This document shows, piece by piece, positions 1 through 7,180 of a DNA stretch of 16,603 nt. The translations under genes and the position numbers were made by a program. The notes under the pieces are model-generated. The model did no database searches and was not told where the DNA came from. It saw only the letters and a program-made list of their open reading frames with translations. Source of the DNA: Candidatus Bathyarchaeia archaeon (lineage in GTDB: Archaea; Thermoproteota; Bathyarchaeia; Bathyarchaeales; Bathycorpusculaceae); NCBI GenBank assembly GCA_049970895.1, contig JBMFMB010000026.1:1-16603 (forward strand), given 5' to 3'. Every line of letters starts with the position of its first letter. The stretch's first letter is position 1.

Positions 1-898
1 CAAGCAATTTCCCCGCAACTTCAACAACAGAAGATCTATCCACCTTAAAAATTGGAAAACCCTTTCCAGCCAAATAATCATTCACATACTGTTCCTTAAA
101 AACATCCACCACAATAGCTGGTGTTCCCTGCAGCGCCGCTTCCCGCGTGATAGTTCCCCCAGCCCCAACAAACAAATCCGCCTGCGCCACCAAACTCGCA
201 GAGTCCACAAACTCCTTTGGAACTACAACATCTTTGATGATTCTTCGGCGGTACCTTGGTAGAAAAACAACATTGCCCAACCGCGTCAACTTCTTCGCCA
301 ACGTGACAGAGGAAAATCTTCTCTTAACATAAACAGCCCTCTCCTCCATCTCCCTAACCACAATAAGCGGTTTTCCAAAATCATATTTCATCAAAGGCTT
401 AAACCCCTTAATCCACGCAACCTCATCAACACCATCGAAGCGGATTATTTCACCCTCAACATTATACTTTTGCAAAACTCTTTCTGGGATAGCCTTAGAA
501 ACGACAATATAGTCCGTTAGGGGTAAAGTAAGCCTATGCACAGCATCAGCATAAGGCGTATCAAGAGTTGTTATCGTCGGAATTTTCAAACCAAAAGCCA
601 CCCGAATCTGGTCAACAGAACCATGCGAAATGGCAACGTCTGGAGCGTTTTCTCCAAAAATTTTGCAAAACAATAGCTGACGCCGAACTCCCTCCTTAAG
701 TCTGGAAAGCAAGGATTTTGGGTTATATTTTCCAACGACTATGAATTCTTCGTCTAAGAGTTTTGCAAGTGGTATCGTGTCCGGATGTTTGCGAGTGGTT
801 AATATAATTTCGTGTCCCATTTCCCTAAGTCTTCTTGCTATGGCAACACCGTACCGCACATGCTTCCCAGTGCAAGCGTCATACCAAACACGCATCAT
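1..898 (-). CDS. DUF354-family protein (GT-B glycosyltransferase-like), 3'-truncated by window edge
   Basis: Absent from the ORF track because it has no stop inside the window. Manual minus-strand translation from ATG 898: MMRVWYDACTGKHVRYGVAIARRLREMGHEIILTTRKHPDT...AISHGSVDQIRVAFGLKIPTITTLDTP...ADLFVGAGGTITREAALQGTPAI, typical of DUF354. ATGA overlap with the upstream stop (895-897). Confidence 0.85.
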   Translation of the reverse strand, partial: MMRVWYDACTGKHVRYGVAIARRLREMGHEIILTTRKHPDTIPLAKLLDEEFIVVGKYNPKSLLSRLKEGVRRQLLFCKIFGENAPDVAISHGSVDQIRVAFGLKIPTITTLDTPYADAVHRLTLPLTDYIVVSKAIPERVLQKYNVEGEIIRFDGVDEVAWIKGFKPLMKYDFGKPLIVVREMEERAVYVKRRFSSVTLAKKLTRLGNVVFLPRYRRRIIKDVVVPKEFVDSASLVAQADLFVGAGGTITREAALQGTPAIVVDVFKEQYVNDYLAGKGFPIFKVDRSSVVEVAGKLL

Positions 899-1977
899 TC
901 ACACCAGCAATACATTTCTCCAATAATTTTGCCGTCTTTAACCAGTTTTGCCGGAGCATCAATGTGGCGAATCCAGTAAACGTTTTCGGGCAAAACATTA
1001 TATTTTGGGATTTCTGGAATGCTCTCCTTAAAAGCAAGCTTTACATACAAGTATGGAATGTTTGCATAATAATCCCCGCGCAGAACTTTGCTAGCGTAAG
1101 AGAAGAAGAAAGATGTTGTAAACATTCTCGCGGCATTAATCTCTGTAACGCATGGAACGCCCTCCCTGTTCTCTTTCAAGTCCACACACGCTAATCCATT
1201 AAATTTTGGGTCAATGGCTAAAACAGCCTCCGTTGCAATCCTATTCACATTATCGTTGTGAATGGTTTTCTGAACAGCAGGTGTGCCAGTCACTCCAGAA
1301 GGCGCAAGGTGCGGATATATGTATTCGATGCGTTCCCTAGCCATAGACGTAACAAGCTCTCCATCCTTCCAGAGGCTATGAAAACCTATGTTCCTTCCAG
1401 GCAAGTGTTCTTGGGCTATGAACTCCCAATTCATGCCGCGCGCCCTCCAATAATTAATCCATGAAAGGGCTGTCTCCTTGTTGTGGGCAGGCGTGCTTCC
1501 CCTCCCACCAGCACCATGCCGCGCCCTAATCCATATGGGACTGCCAAACTCCTCAAAGGCTTTATCAACATCCTCCTTGCTGCGAATTTCCATGGATTTT
1601 GCCACAGGAACGCCTTTTTTCATCCAGATTTTAGCCGACTCAAGCTTGTCTTGACAAATTTTCACAGTTCTCTTCGACGGCAAGAACATATTCGCCTCAA
1701 TTTTCTCGCGATTTTCTGAAATAACAGCCACTTCAATATCTGTTTGTGCATGTAAAAATTCAGCCTTCTCTTTGCGTATAATCTCGTTTAGCCTATCAAT
1801 ATAGCCCTCTTCCTCAGCCCTTGAAATCAAATACCTCTTATCAGTCGGCGCCAAATAAATAAAATTTGCATTCGCCTCCGTACCCACAATGAAAATTTTT
1901 TCCGGGGCAAGGCATAAAGACATTATAAAGTTTATTCCTGCAGGTCCACCAGCACCCGTTACCACGATTTTTTTCAA
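895..1977 (-). CDS. ATP-grasp ligase (CarB/PylC-like carboxylate-amine ligase)
   Basis: N-terminal VVTGAGGPAG, then CQDKLES, RARHGAGGRG, IAQEHLPG, CVDLKEN...EINAAR ATP-grasp motifs. TTG start with a GGTGGT SD just upstream. Confidence 0.85.
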   Translation of the reverse strand: MKKIVVTGAGGPAGINFIMSLCLAPEKIFIVGTEANANFIYLAPTDKRYLISRAEEEGYIDRLNEIIRKEKAEFLHAQTDIEVAVISENREKIEANMFLPSKRTVKICQDKLESAKIWMKKGVPVAKSMEIRSKEDVDKAFEEFGSPIWIRARHGAGGRGSTPAHNKETALSWINYWRARGMNWEFIAQEHLPGRNIGFHSLWKDGELVTSMARERIEYIYPHLAPSGVTGTPAVQKTIHNDNVNRIATEAVLAIDPKFNGLACVDLKENREGVPCVTEINAARMFTTSFFFSYASKVLRGDYYANIPYLYVKLAFKESIPEIPKYNVLPENVYWIRHIDAPAKLVKDGKIIGEMYCWCE

Positions 1978-2065
1978 AGCACCACCTTATTTATTGCCGA
2001 AAATAGTGAGTGAGGGCGATTTTTAATATTTTGTGTATTCTAAAGTGAGCATAAACCTCGGAAGG

Positions 2066-2072
2066 TTTATAC
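2066..2072 (+). promoter_or_regulatory. Putative TATA box of the vapBC operon (probably leaderless transcript)
   Basis: TTTATAC preceded by a purine-rich GGAAGG (BRE-like), about 24 nt upstream of ATG 2096. Confidence 0.45.
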
Positions 2073-2095
2073 GTTTGTTATACTAAAAAGCAAAC

Positions 2096-2326
2096 ATGTC
2101 GCAAACAACAACCATAGCCGTCCGCGTAAAAAAGGAAATCAAAGAAACCCTCGAAAAAGCTGGCGTCAATATTTCTGAGACTGTGAGAAAACATTTAGAA
2201 GAAATATTCTGGAAACTCCAACTTAAAAAGGAAACGGAAACTATGAGAAAAATTCTTGAAAATGTCAAGCCCTCTGCCAAAGGATTCGCTGAAAAATCCG
2301 TGAGGGAGGACCGTGAAAGTCACTGA
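2096..2326 (+). CDS. vapB: VapB/CcdA-like ribbon-helix-helix antitoxin
   Basis: 76 aa with N-terminal TTIAVRVKKEIKETLEKAGVNISETVRKHL (RHH-like) and C-terminal SVREDRESH. Overlaps the downstream PIN gene by 14 nt. Confidence 0.8.
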   Translation: MSQTTTIAVRVKKEIKETLEKAGVNISETVRKHLEEIFWKLQLKKETETMRKILENVKPSAKGFAEKSVREDRESH

Positions 2327-2699
2327 TTCCTCCGCCTTAATCAAGTATATAGCAAAGGAGGGCTGGGAAGAAGTCGAAAAACATCTAATAGAAGGCTGTG
2401 TAACGCTGGATCTAGCTTTAAAAGAGACGGCAAATGCGCTGGTTGAAAAGATGCTTAGAAAAGAGGCTGACCTTAATACTGCAAAGAAAATAATGCTACA
2501 CATGCCAAAAATAGTCAAACTAACATCACAGACGCAGCATTTCCAAAAGGCTCTAGAAACAGCGATAAAACATAAATTAACAATCTACGACGCCCTCTTT
2601 ATTGCTCTCGCGATGAGCATTAACGCTCCGCTGTTAACATCCGACAGAGCACAAGCAGAAATATCTAAAAAACACGGGGTAATAACAATTCTTGTATAA
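2313..2699 (+). CDS. vapC: VapC PIN-domain ribonuclease toxin
   Basis: Acidic PIN residues in VTDSSALIK, LKETANAL, TIYDALFIALA and LLTSDR. GTG start with a GGAGG SD. Confidence 0.9.
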   Translation: MKVTDSSALIKYIAKEGWEEVEKHLIEGCVTLDLALKETANALVEKMLRKEADLNTAKKIMLHMPKIVKLTSQTQHFQKALETAIKHKLTIYDALFIALAMSINAPLLTSDRAQAEISKKHGVITILV

Positions 2700-2701
2700 A
2701 A
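2695..2701 (+). promoter_or_regulatory. Putative TATA box for tRNA-Val
   Basis: TATAAAA starting 26 nt upstream of the tRNA 5' end and overlapping the vapC stop codon. Confidence 0.45.
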
Positions 2702-2720
2702 CGTTGCATTATAGAGATAG

Positions 2721-2795
2721 GGGCCGGTCGTCTAGCTTGGTTAGGACGCAGCCCTTACGAGGCTGAGGTCGCCGGTTCAACTCCGGCCCGGCCCA
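2721..2795 (+). tRNA. tRNA-Val (anticodon TAC), intronless, CCA not encoded
   Basis: Cloverleaf: acceptor GGGCCGG/CCGGCCC, anticodon arm CAGCC-CTTACGA-GGCTG (TAC at 2756-2758), T arm GCCGG-TTCAACT-CCGGC, discriminator A2795. Confidence 0.97.
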
Positions 2796-3012
2796 CTCAA
2801 GAACTTTCTCTTTTTCAAAATAGACCGTAATTAAAGAAAAGGATTTTTGAAGCTGTTTTAGGGTTGATATGTTGTTTCTGGCTTGAAATGGACAAAATTG
2901 TTCTAATCATAGTTTTCGGTTTCCTGAAGTTTCCAATTAAAGCTTTTAAAATTTCAAATTTAGTAGCAAGCTAACGCGCGTTAATCTTAAATCCCATAAG
3001 CTTTAAACTTTA

Positions 3013-3282
3013 GTGTGGGCTTTGTTGACCGAAAACCCTGAGGAGGAAAGGCTTCCAGTTTCAGAGAAAGTTAAGGTTTTACGCTTCCAAACCCTTTTTA
3101 AGGGTGGGAGATGGTGGGCTGCAGCCGGCCTATTCGAGGCTTTTGGGAGGAAGCACATAGCCCTATACCTATGGTTTAGGCGTGGAGACGCTTGGAAGAG
3201 GCGGCAAAAGTTTGTTTTTAGGTCGCGGGAGGAGTGGGAGAAAGCCAAAAAGGCCATTGAAAGCTTTGCAGCGGAGCTTTAG
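3013..3282 (+). CDS. Small protein with PC4/PUR-like (whirly) putative ssDNA-binding fold
   Basis: 89 aa, rich in aromatic and basic residues. LFEAFGRKHIALYLWFRRGDAWKRRQKFVFRSREEWEKAKKAIESF follows the PC4 pattern of beta strands followed by a W-containing helix. Stops 3 nt before the helicase ATG. The true start may be TTG 3022 or 3025. Confidence 0.6.
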   Translation: MWALLTENPEEERLPVSEKVKVLRFQTLFKGGRWWAAAGLFEAFGRKHIALYLWFRRGDAWKRRQKFVFRSREEWEKAKKAIESFAAEL

Positions 3283-3285
3283 GAT

Positions 3286-5154
3286 ATGCTGGCTGAGAAA
3301 CGCTACATCTGGCATCCGCTTTTGAAGGAGAAGGCTGTTGAGGATAGGCTATACCAGAACAAGATTTTAGAGAAAGCAAGGCGATGTAACACGCTTGTTG
3401 TTTTGCCAACAGCCCTTGGAAAAACAGTCATAGCCCTACTTTTGGCGATAGAAAAAGCCGAGGAAGGCAAAATATTCTTTCTGGCTCCCACAAGACCATT
3501 GGTACAGCAGCACTATCAAACCTTTCTGGATAAAACATGGTTTGAAGAGGGTGAATTAGCCCTTGTAACTGGGCGCTACCCGTCAAACCAGAGGTCAGCC
3601 CTATACAAAAGAGCGAAGGTTGTTTTTGCAACTCCCCAGTGTGTTTGGAACGACTTAAAAAGCGGGCTTTTAAGGCTTGAAGATGTTTCGCTCATAATTT
3701 TTGATGAGGCTCATAGGGCTAGGGGAAACTACGCCTACGTTGGAATAGCCACCTACTATTTTAGGCAGTGCCGCAAGCCCCTAGTTTTGGGTTTGACAGC
3801 CTCTCCGGGCGGCAGCGAAGAGAAAATAGCTGAAGTATGCAGAAACCTTGGCATAACAGCCATAGAACACCGAACAGACGAGGATAAAGACGTTAAGCCC
3901 TACATACAGCCTATAGAAGTTGAATGGCGTAGGTTAAAGCCTCCAGAACAGTATTTGGCCGTGAGGGATAGGCTTAGGCAAATGCTGGTCGAGCGCGTAA
4001 AGGGATTGCAGGCCCTCGGCGTTTTAACAGACAAGCAGCCAGCCTTCATAACGAGACGAGACCTGGTGGAGCTTAACGACGAGCTTCAGCGTAGGCTTGG
4101 AAGCGGAGAAGGCGGATACATATACCAGCTTAAGGTGGAAGCCACAGCAGCCCTAAGCATAGCCCACATGATAGAGCTCATTGAATCGCAGGGGCCTGAA
4201 ACCCTTGAGGCTTTCATTGAGAAAAGCCTAAAACGCATGGCAATGGAAGGAAGTAGAGGCCACAAATCAATCTTAAATGACCCCTTGTTCATAGAAGCCA
4301 AAAAAGCGCTTATAAGCTGCATGGCAGCGGAAAATCCCAAAGTTAAAGAGCTGGTAAAAGTTTTAGAAGGCCAGCTTCAGGCCAAGCCTGATTCAAGGCT
4401 TATTGTTTTCACACAGTACCGTGACACAGTAAACGCCCTGCTAAAAGCCCTAAACAGCAATTCAAGGCTCAGGGTTGAACGCTTCGTAGGTCAAGGTGAA
4501 CGTGAAGGCGATCCTGGAATGACCCAAGAACAGCAGCGGGAAGTTCTTGAAAAACTCCGTAATGGCGAAATCAACGTGCTGATAGCCACAAGCATAGCTG
4601 AGGAAGGCTTAGACATCCCAGAAGTTGACCATGTGGTGTTTTATGAGCCTGTTCCAAGCGAGATACGCTACATTCAGCGCAGGGGCAGAACAGGAAGACG
4701 CGTAGCAGGAAAAGTAACAATTTTAATAGCCGAGGGCACCGTAGACGAAGCCTTCTATTGGTCAAGCATTTCAAGAGCTAGAAAAATGAAGCGGATAATA
4801 GGCCAGCTAAACAGAAAACTGCCAGAACTGCTGAAAGAAAAAGCCAAGCCAATAATAACCCTAATGGACTACCAGCCACAACCGCAACAAGCCACGACAA
4901 GCATTCAATTGTCACTCCCTCCGCCTAAGAAGGAGCTTTGGAAACCACAGGCAATACAGACTAAGGGCTTAAGCCAAGCCCTAAAATGGCTAATGGAAAA
5001 CCTACCAAACCAAACAATCACAATTGAGGAGGTTGTCAAACAAGCATGGGAGGAGGAGGGCATAGAAAAGGCAGCAGTTGAAACAGCCATATGGCGCCTA
5101 GCACAACAAGGCCAAATATACCAACCAGAACCAGGAAAAATAAGAAAGCTGTGA
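3286..5154 (+). CDS. Hef/FANCM/Mph1-family SF2 helicase lacking the ERCC4 nuclease, with a C-terminal winged helix
   Basis: Motifs RLYQ, LPTALGKT, APTRPLVQQH, ATPQ, FDEAHRA, LGLTASPG, VFTQYRDT, FVGQ, ATSIAEEGLDIP and QRRGRTGR. These are followed by a Q/P-rich linker and a ~60 aa domain ending GQIYQPEPGKIRKL. Confidence 0.92.
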   Translation: MLAEKRYIWHPLLKEKAVEDRLYQNKILEKARRCNTLVVLPTALGKTVIALLLAIEKAEEGKIFFLAPTRPLVQQHYQTFLDKTWFEEGELALVTGRYPSNQRSALYKRAKVVFATPQCVWNDLKSGLLRLEDVSLIIFDEAHRARGNYAYVGIATYYFRQCRKPLVLGLTASPGGSEEKIAEVCRNLGITAIEHRTDEDKDVKPYIQPIEVEWRRLKPPEQYLAVRDRLRQMLVERVKGLQALGVLTDKQPAFITRRDLVELNDELQRRLGSGEGGYIYQLKVEATAALSIAHMIELIESQGPETLEAFIEKSLKRMAMEGSRGHKSILNDPLFIEAKKALISCMAAENPKVKELVKVLEGQLQAKPDSRLIVFTQYRDTVNALLKALNSNSRLRVERFVGQGEREGDPGMTQEQQREVLEKLRNGEINVLIATSIAEEGLDIPEVDHVVFYEPVPSEIRYIQRRGRTGRRVAGKVTILIAEGTVDEAFYWSSISRARKMKRIIGQLNRKLPELLKEKAKPIITLMDYQPQPQQATTSIQLSLPPPKKELWKPQAIQTKGLSQALKWLMENLPNQTITIEEVVKQAWEEEGIEKAAVETAIWRLAQQGQIYQPEPGKIRKL

Positions 5155-5185
5155 AAAAGGATTCACTTAATTATTTAATTGCATA

Positions 5186-5209
5186 CAGTTCGGCTCGCTC
5201 AAGAACTTT
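5186..5209 (+). repeat. Internal degenerate copy of the tRNA-Val 3' end plus downstream flank (att-like relic)
   Basis: cagttcggctcgctcaagaacttt versus 2784-2807 cggcccggcccactcaagaacttt: 19/24 identical, all five differences are transitions. Both copies are followed by a T-run and caaaa. Confidence 0.65.
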
Positions 5210-5587
5210 TTCAAAAAGGTACCTTCCTAAGAGAAAACAGTTGGTTTGATGCATGATTTGGGCTTTGCTTTTGGTTTAGGGATATTGAGGGTTACATTTT
5301 TAGATGTAGACTTTTTCTATAATGAGGTTTATGCTTTTTGCATATCCGAGGAATCTATATGTACTGTTTTCTTTTGCTATGCTTCTTATAGGAGCCCTAA
5401 ATAGATGGATGCATATGCCGATAACTGTGAAAAGGAAGCTTTCAGTAAAGTGGCAGATAGAGGGAGGGGGGTAGGTCTAAGATGAGCTCCAGGATATGCA
5501 TCTTTAAGCGCATCCTCAACAAAAGTTTATCTTTATCTAAGAATAAAAAGAAGTTATGGCGGCGCGCAAACTGTCAGGAATCGAAGG

Positions 5588-5812
5588 AGACCACTTCAAA
5601 CCGTAATTCTTAACTAAACCAATGTAATAGTCATAGACAACCAAACTTAGCTAAGGAAAGCAAAGCCCTCATAATATGCGCTCGCTTACAATCGCCTTAA
5701 AGCTGCAACTCGCTCAAAATACCCCTCAGCAGACAACCAACAAAAACTTCTCAGCGTAACAGCGCCTTTGAGCAACCTTCTCCTCCAATCTCTGTTTTAA
5801 ATACTTCCTTAA
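5588..5812 (-). pseudogene. Frameshifted, truncated fragment of an archaeal tRNA-targeting tyrosine integrase (core-binding region)
   Basis: Joined across two frameshifts (~5740, ~5640) and one stop (5697-5699) it reads LRKYLKQRLEEKVAQRRCYAEKF / GCLLRGILSELQL*GDCKRAHIMRALLSLAKF / VYDYYIGLVKNYGLKWS. From recall this resembles the 'KR.H.M.AL..L.KFLG.YD.....YGLKWS' segment of SSV-like integrases found beside tRNAs in TACK archaea. Its position next to attR fits. Confidence 0.6.
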
Positions 5813-5844
5813 ATAAATTTCAGGCTCCTTTCAAAAAGGGCAGC

Positions 5845-5875
5845 TACAAGGCTGAGGTCGCTGCCCAGCCCACCA
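5845..5875 (+). repeat. attR: decayed 3' half of tRNA-Val
   Basis: 5845-5861 tacaaggctgaggtcgc matches tRNA 2756-2772 at 16/17. 5863-5873 gcccagcccac matches 2786-2796 at 10/11. About 12 nt of the T arm are deleted. It ends in A-CCA followed by a T-run. Confidence 0.85.
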
Positions 5876-5885
5876 AATTTTTCGC

Positions 5886-6653
5886 TTAGCGTATGATGTC
5901 GGGTAGAAGCTCCAAAATTCTTCTAGGGGAGAATACGCTCAAGGTGACTGTTGTCAGCTTTTTGCCAACCTTTGGGATTAACCCCACAGCATCTGTTCCA
6001 AGCTTGCATATGATGGCGTGTTCAAAAAGCCCCAGTTGTTCGATTATTATGGTGTCATTTTGGCATCTTGCGTTTTTCAGTGCGGTTTTTATTTCTTGCT
6101 GGGTTGCGCCTAAAACTATTAATCTGTCAAGGAGCGACTTTGCCCATCTTTTGTAAAGCTTCAGCTGATTTTCGGCTAACGCAGCTTCTATGCGTTCTCT
6201 GTGCAAGTGAATAATTTTGGCTGTCAAGGGCATGTTTTCGCAGAATCCATAAAGCTCAGCGATTTTTCTAAGGGCGATTTTTCTCCCGTCAGCTAACTGA
6301 GCTTGCAGATGTTGCAGCGAAATCGCAACGCCTATCATCTTTGGCGTTGTTAATCCGATGTCAAGTTGAAGCTGATCTTCGCTTTTACATAAGCCTATGA
6401 TGTAACCCCTCACAGTTGAAAATCTCGTTAGGTTACCAGCATGAGTTGGGCATAATCCTATCGTGTTTTCAAGATAGTTTAATGCCACTTTTTCATCTTC
6501 ACCCGAAAATGTTAGTTGAATCCAGCCTCGTGTCGTAGCTTGAATTTTTTCTATTTTAACCTTTAACCCTTTTAATGACGACTTTAAGTGTTCTTCAACA
6601 AGTTTTAGTTGATCGTCGTTGTAGATTTTTGCGGATAGCGTTACGGTAGGCAT
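5886..6653 (-). CDS. DUF2110-family conserved archaeal protein
   Basis: 255 aa with GWIQLTFSGEDEKVALNYL and IEQLGLFEHAIICKLGTDAVGLIPKVG. Lies downstream of tfe and the HD gene, the usual context for this family. Confidence 0.8.
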   Translation of the reverse strand: MPTVTLSAKIYNDDQLKLVEEHLKSSLKGLKVKIEKIQATTRGWIQLTFSGEDEKVALNYLENTIGLCPTHAGNLTRFSTVRGYIIGLCKSEDQLQLDIGLTTPKMIGVAISLQHLQAQLADGRKIALRKIAELYGFCENMPLTAKIIHLHRERIEAALAENQLKLYKRWAKSLLDRLIVLGATQQEIKTALKNARCQNDTIIIEQLGLFEHAIICKLGTDAVGLIPKVGKKLTTVTLSVFSPRRILELLPDIIR

Positions 6654-7180
6654 TTGCAGTCTCCGATTATTGTTGACATTTCTTGATGCAGCTTTCTTAT
6701 TCTGGCTATTGCTGATGGGGGCAGTTCTTTTGAAAGTTTTTCTATAGTCTTTTCGATGGGGACTCTTTCTGAGCCTTCGATGAGTTTGTCTGCGTAGGCA
6801 ACAATTTTTTCTTCAAGAGTTTGGGGGATGTAAATGTCCTTCGGCCATCCTAAGCTTTTGGCTTCTCTTTGGGTTATGCCACCGCCAACGTGTCTCTTGA
6901 TTATTGAGATTATGGGTTCTGGTAAGCCTAGGCTTTTGGCTATTTGCATTCCCGCCACGGCGTGGTGGACGCTGTGGGTTTTTGATCTTCCAATGTCGTG
7001 GAGAAGGGCGCCTACCTCTACAAGTTCGAGGTTCACGTCCAATCCTTTTTCCTTGCATGCTTTTGCAATTTCAACCGCGAGCTTTGTTACTGCTTCACAG
7101 TGTCTTATCACGTTTTCTGAGCAGCCGCTTTCCCGTAAAAATTTTAGGGCTTGTTCTCTTGTTGGGAGCTTTTCACTCAC
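6641..7180 (-). CDS. HD/HDIG-domain metal-dependent phosphohydrolase (TIGR00295-like)
   Basis: VIRHCEAV, GALLHDIGRSKTH, HVGGGI and PQTLEEKIVAYADKL motifs. Confidence 0.9.
   Translation of the reverse strand: MSEKLPTREQALKFLRESGCSENVIRHCEAVTKLAVEIAKACKEKGLDVNLELVEVGALLHDIGRSKTHSVHHAVAGMQIAKSLGLPEPIISIIKRHVGGGITQREAKSLGWPKDIYIPQTLEEKIVAYADKLIEGSERVPIEKTIEKLSKELPPSAIARIRKLHQEMSTIIGDCKCLP

Larger units (their letters stand above)
2756..5875. mobile_element. Decayed integrative element/genomic island inserted in tRNA-Val
   Basis: Bounded by the intact tRNA 3' half (2756-2796) and a degenerate direct repeat of it (5845-5875). Contains an integrase-like relic next to the right repeat and non-core cargo. 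Confidence 0.8.

Noticed and set aside
2755-2910. Minus-strand peptide VGRAGVEPATSAS through the tRNA, and a short upstream ORF (MIRTILSISSQ...), as a possible int(N) fragment
   Set aside because: Any tRNA reverse complement gives this kind of peptide, and stops separate the upstream ORF from it. No independent support.
5249-5404. 51-aa plus-strand ORF MHDLGFAFGLG...
   Set aside because: Short, no recognisable motif, no clear SD. Probably a chance ORF in decayed DNA.
5461-5475. G-rich tract agggaggggggtagg as a possible G-quadruplex
   Set aside because: It lacks four clean G3 runs and is a single occurrence.
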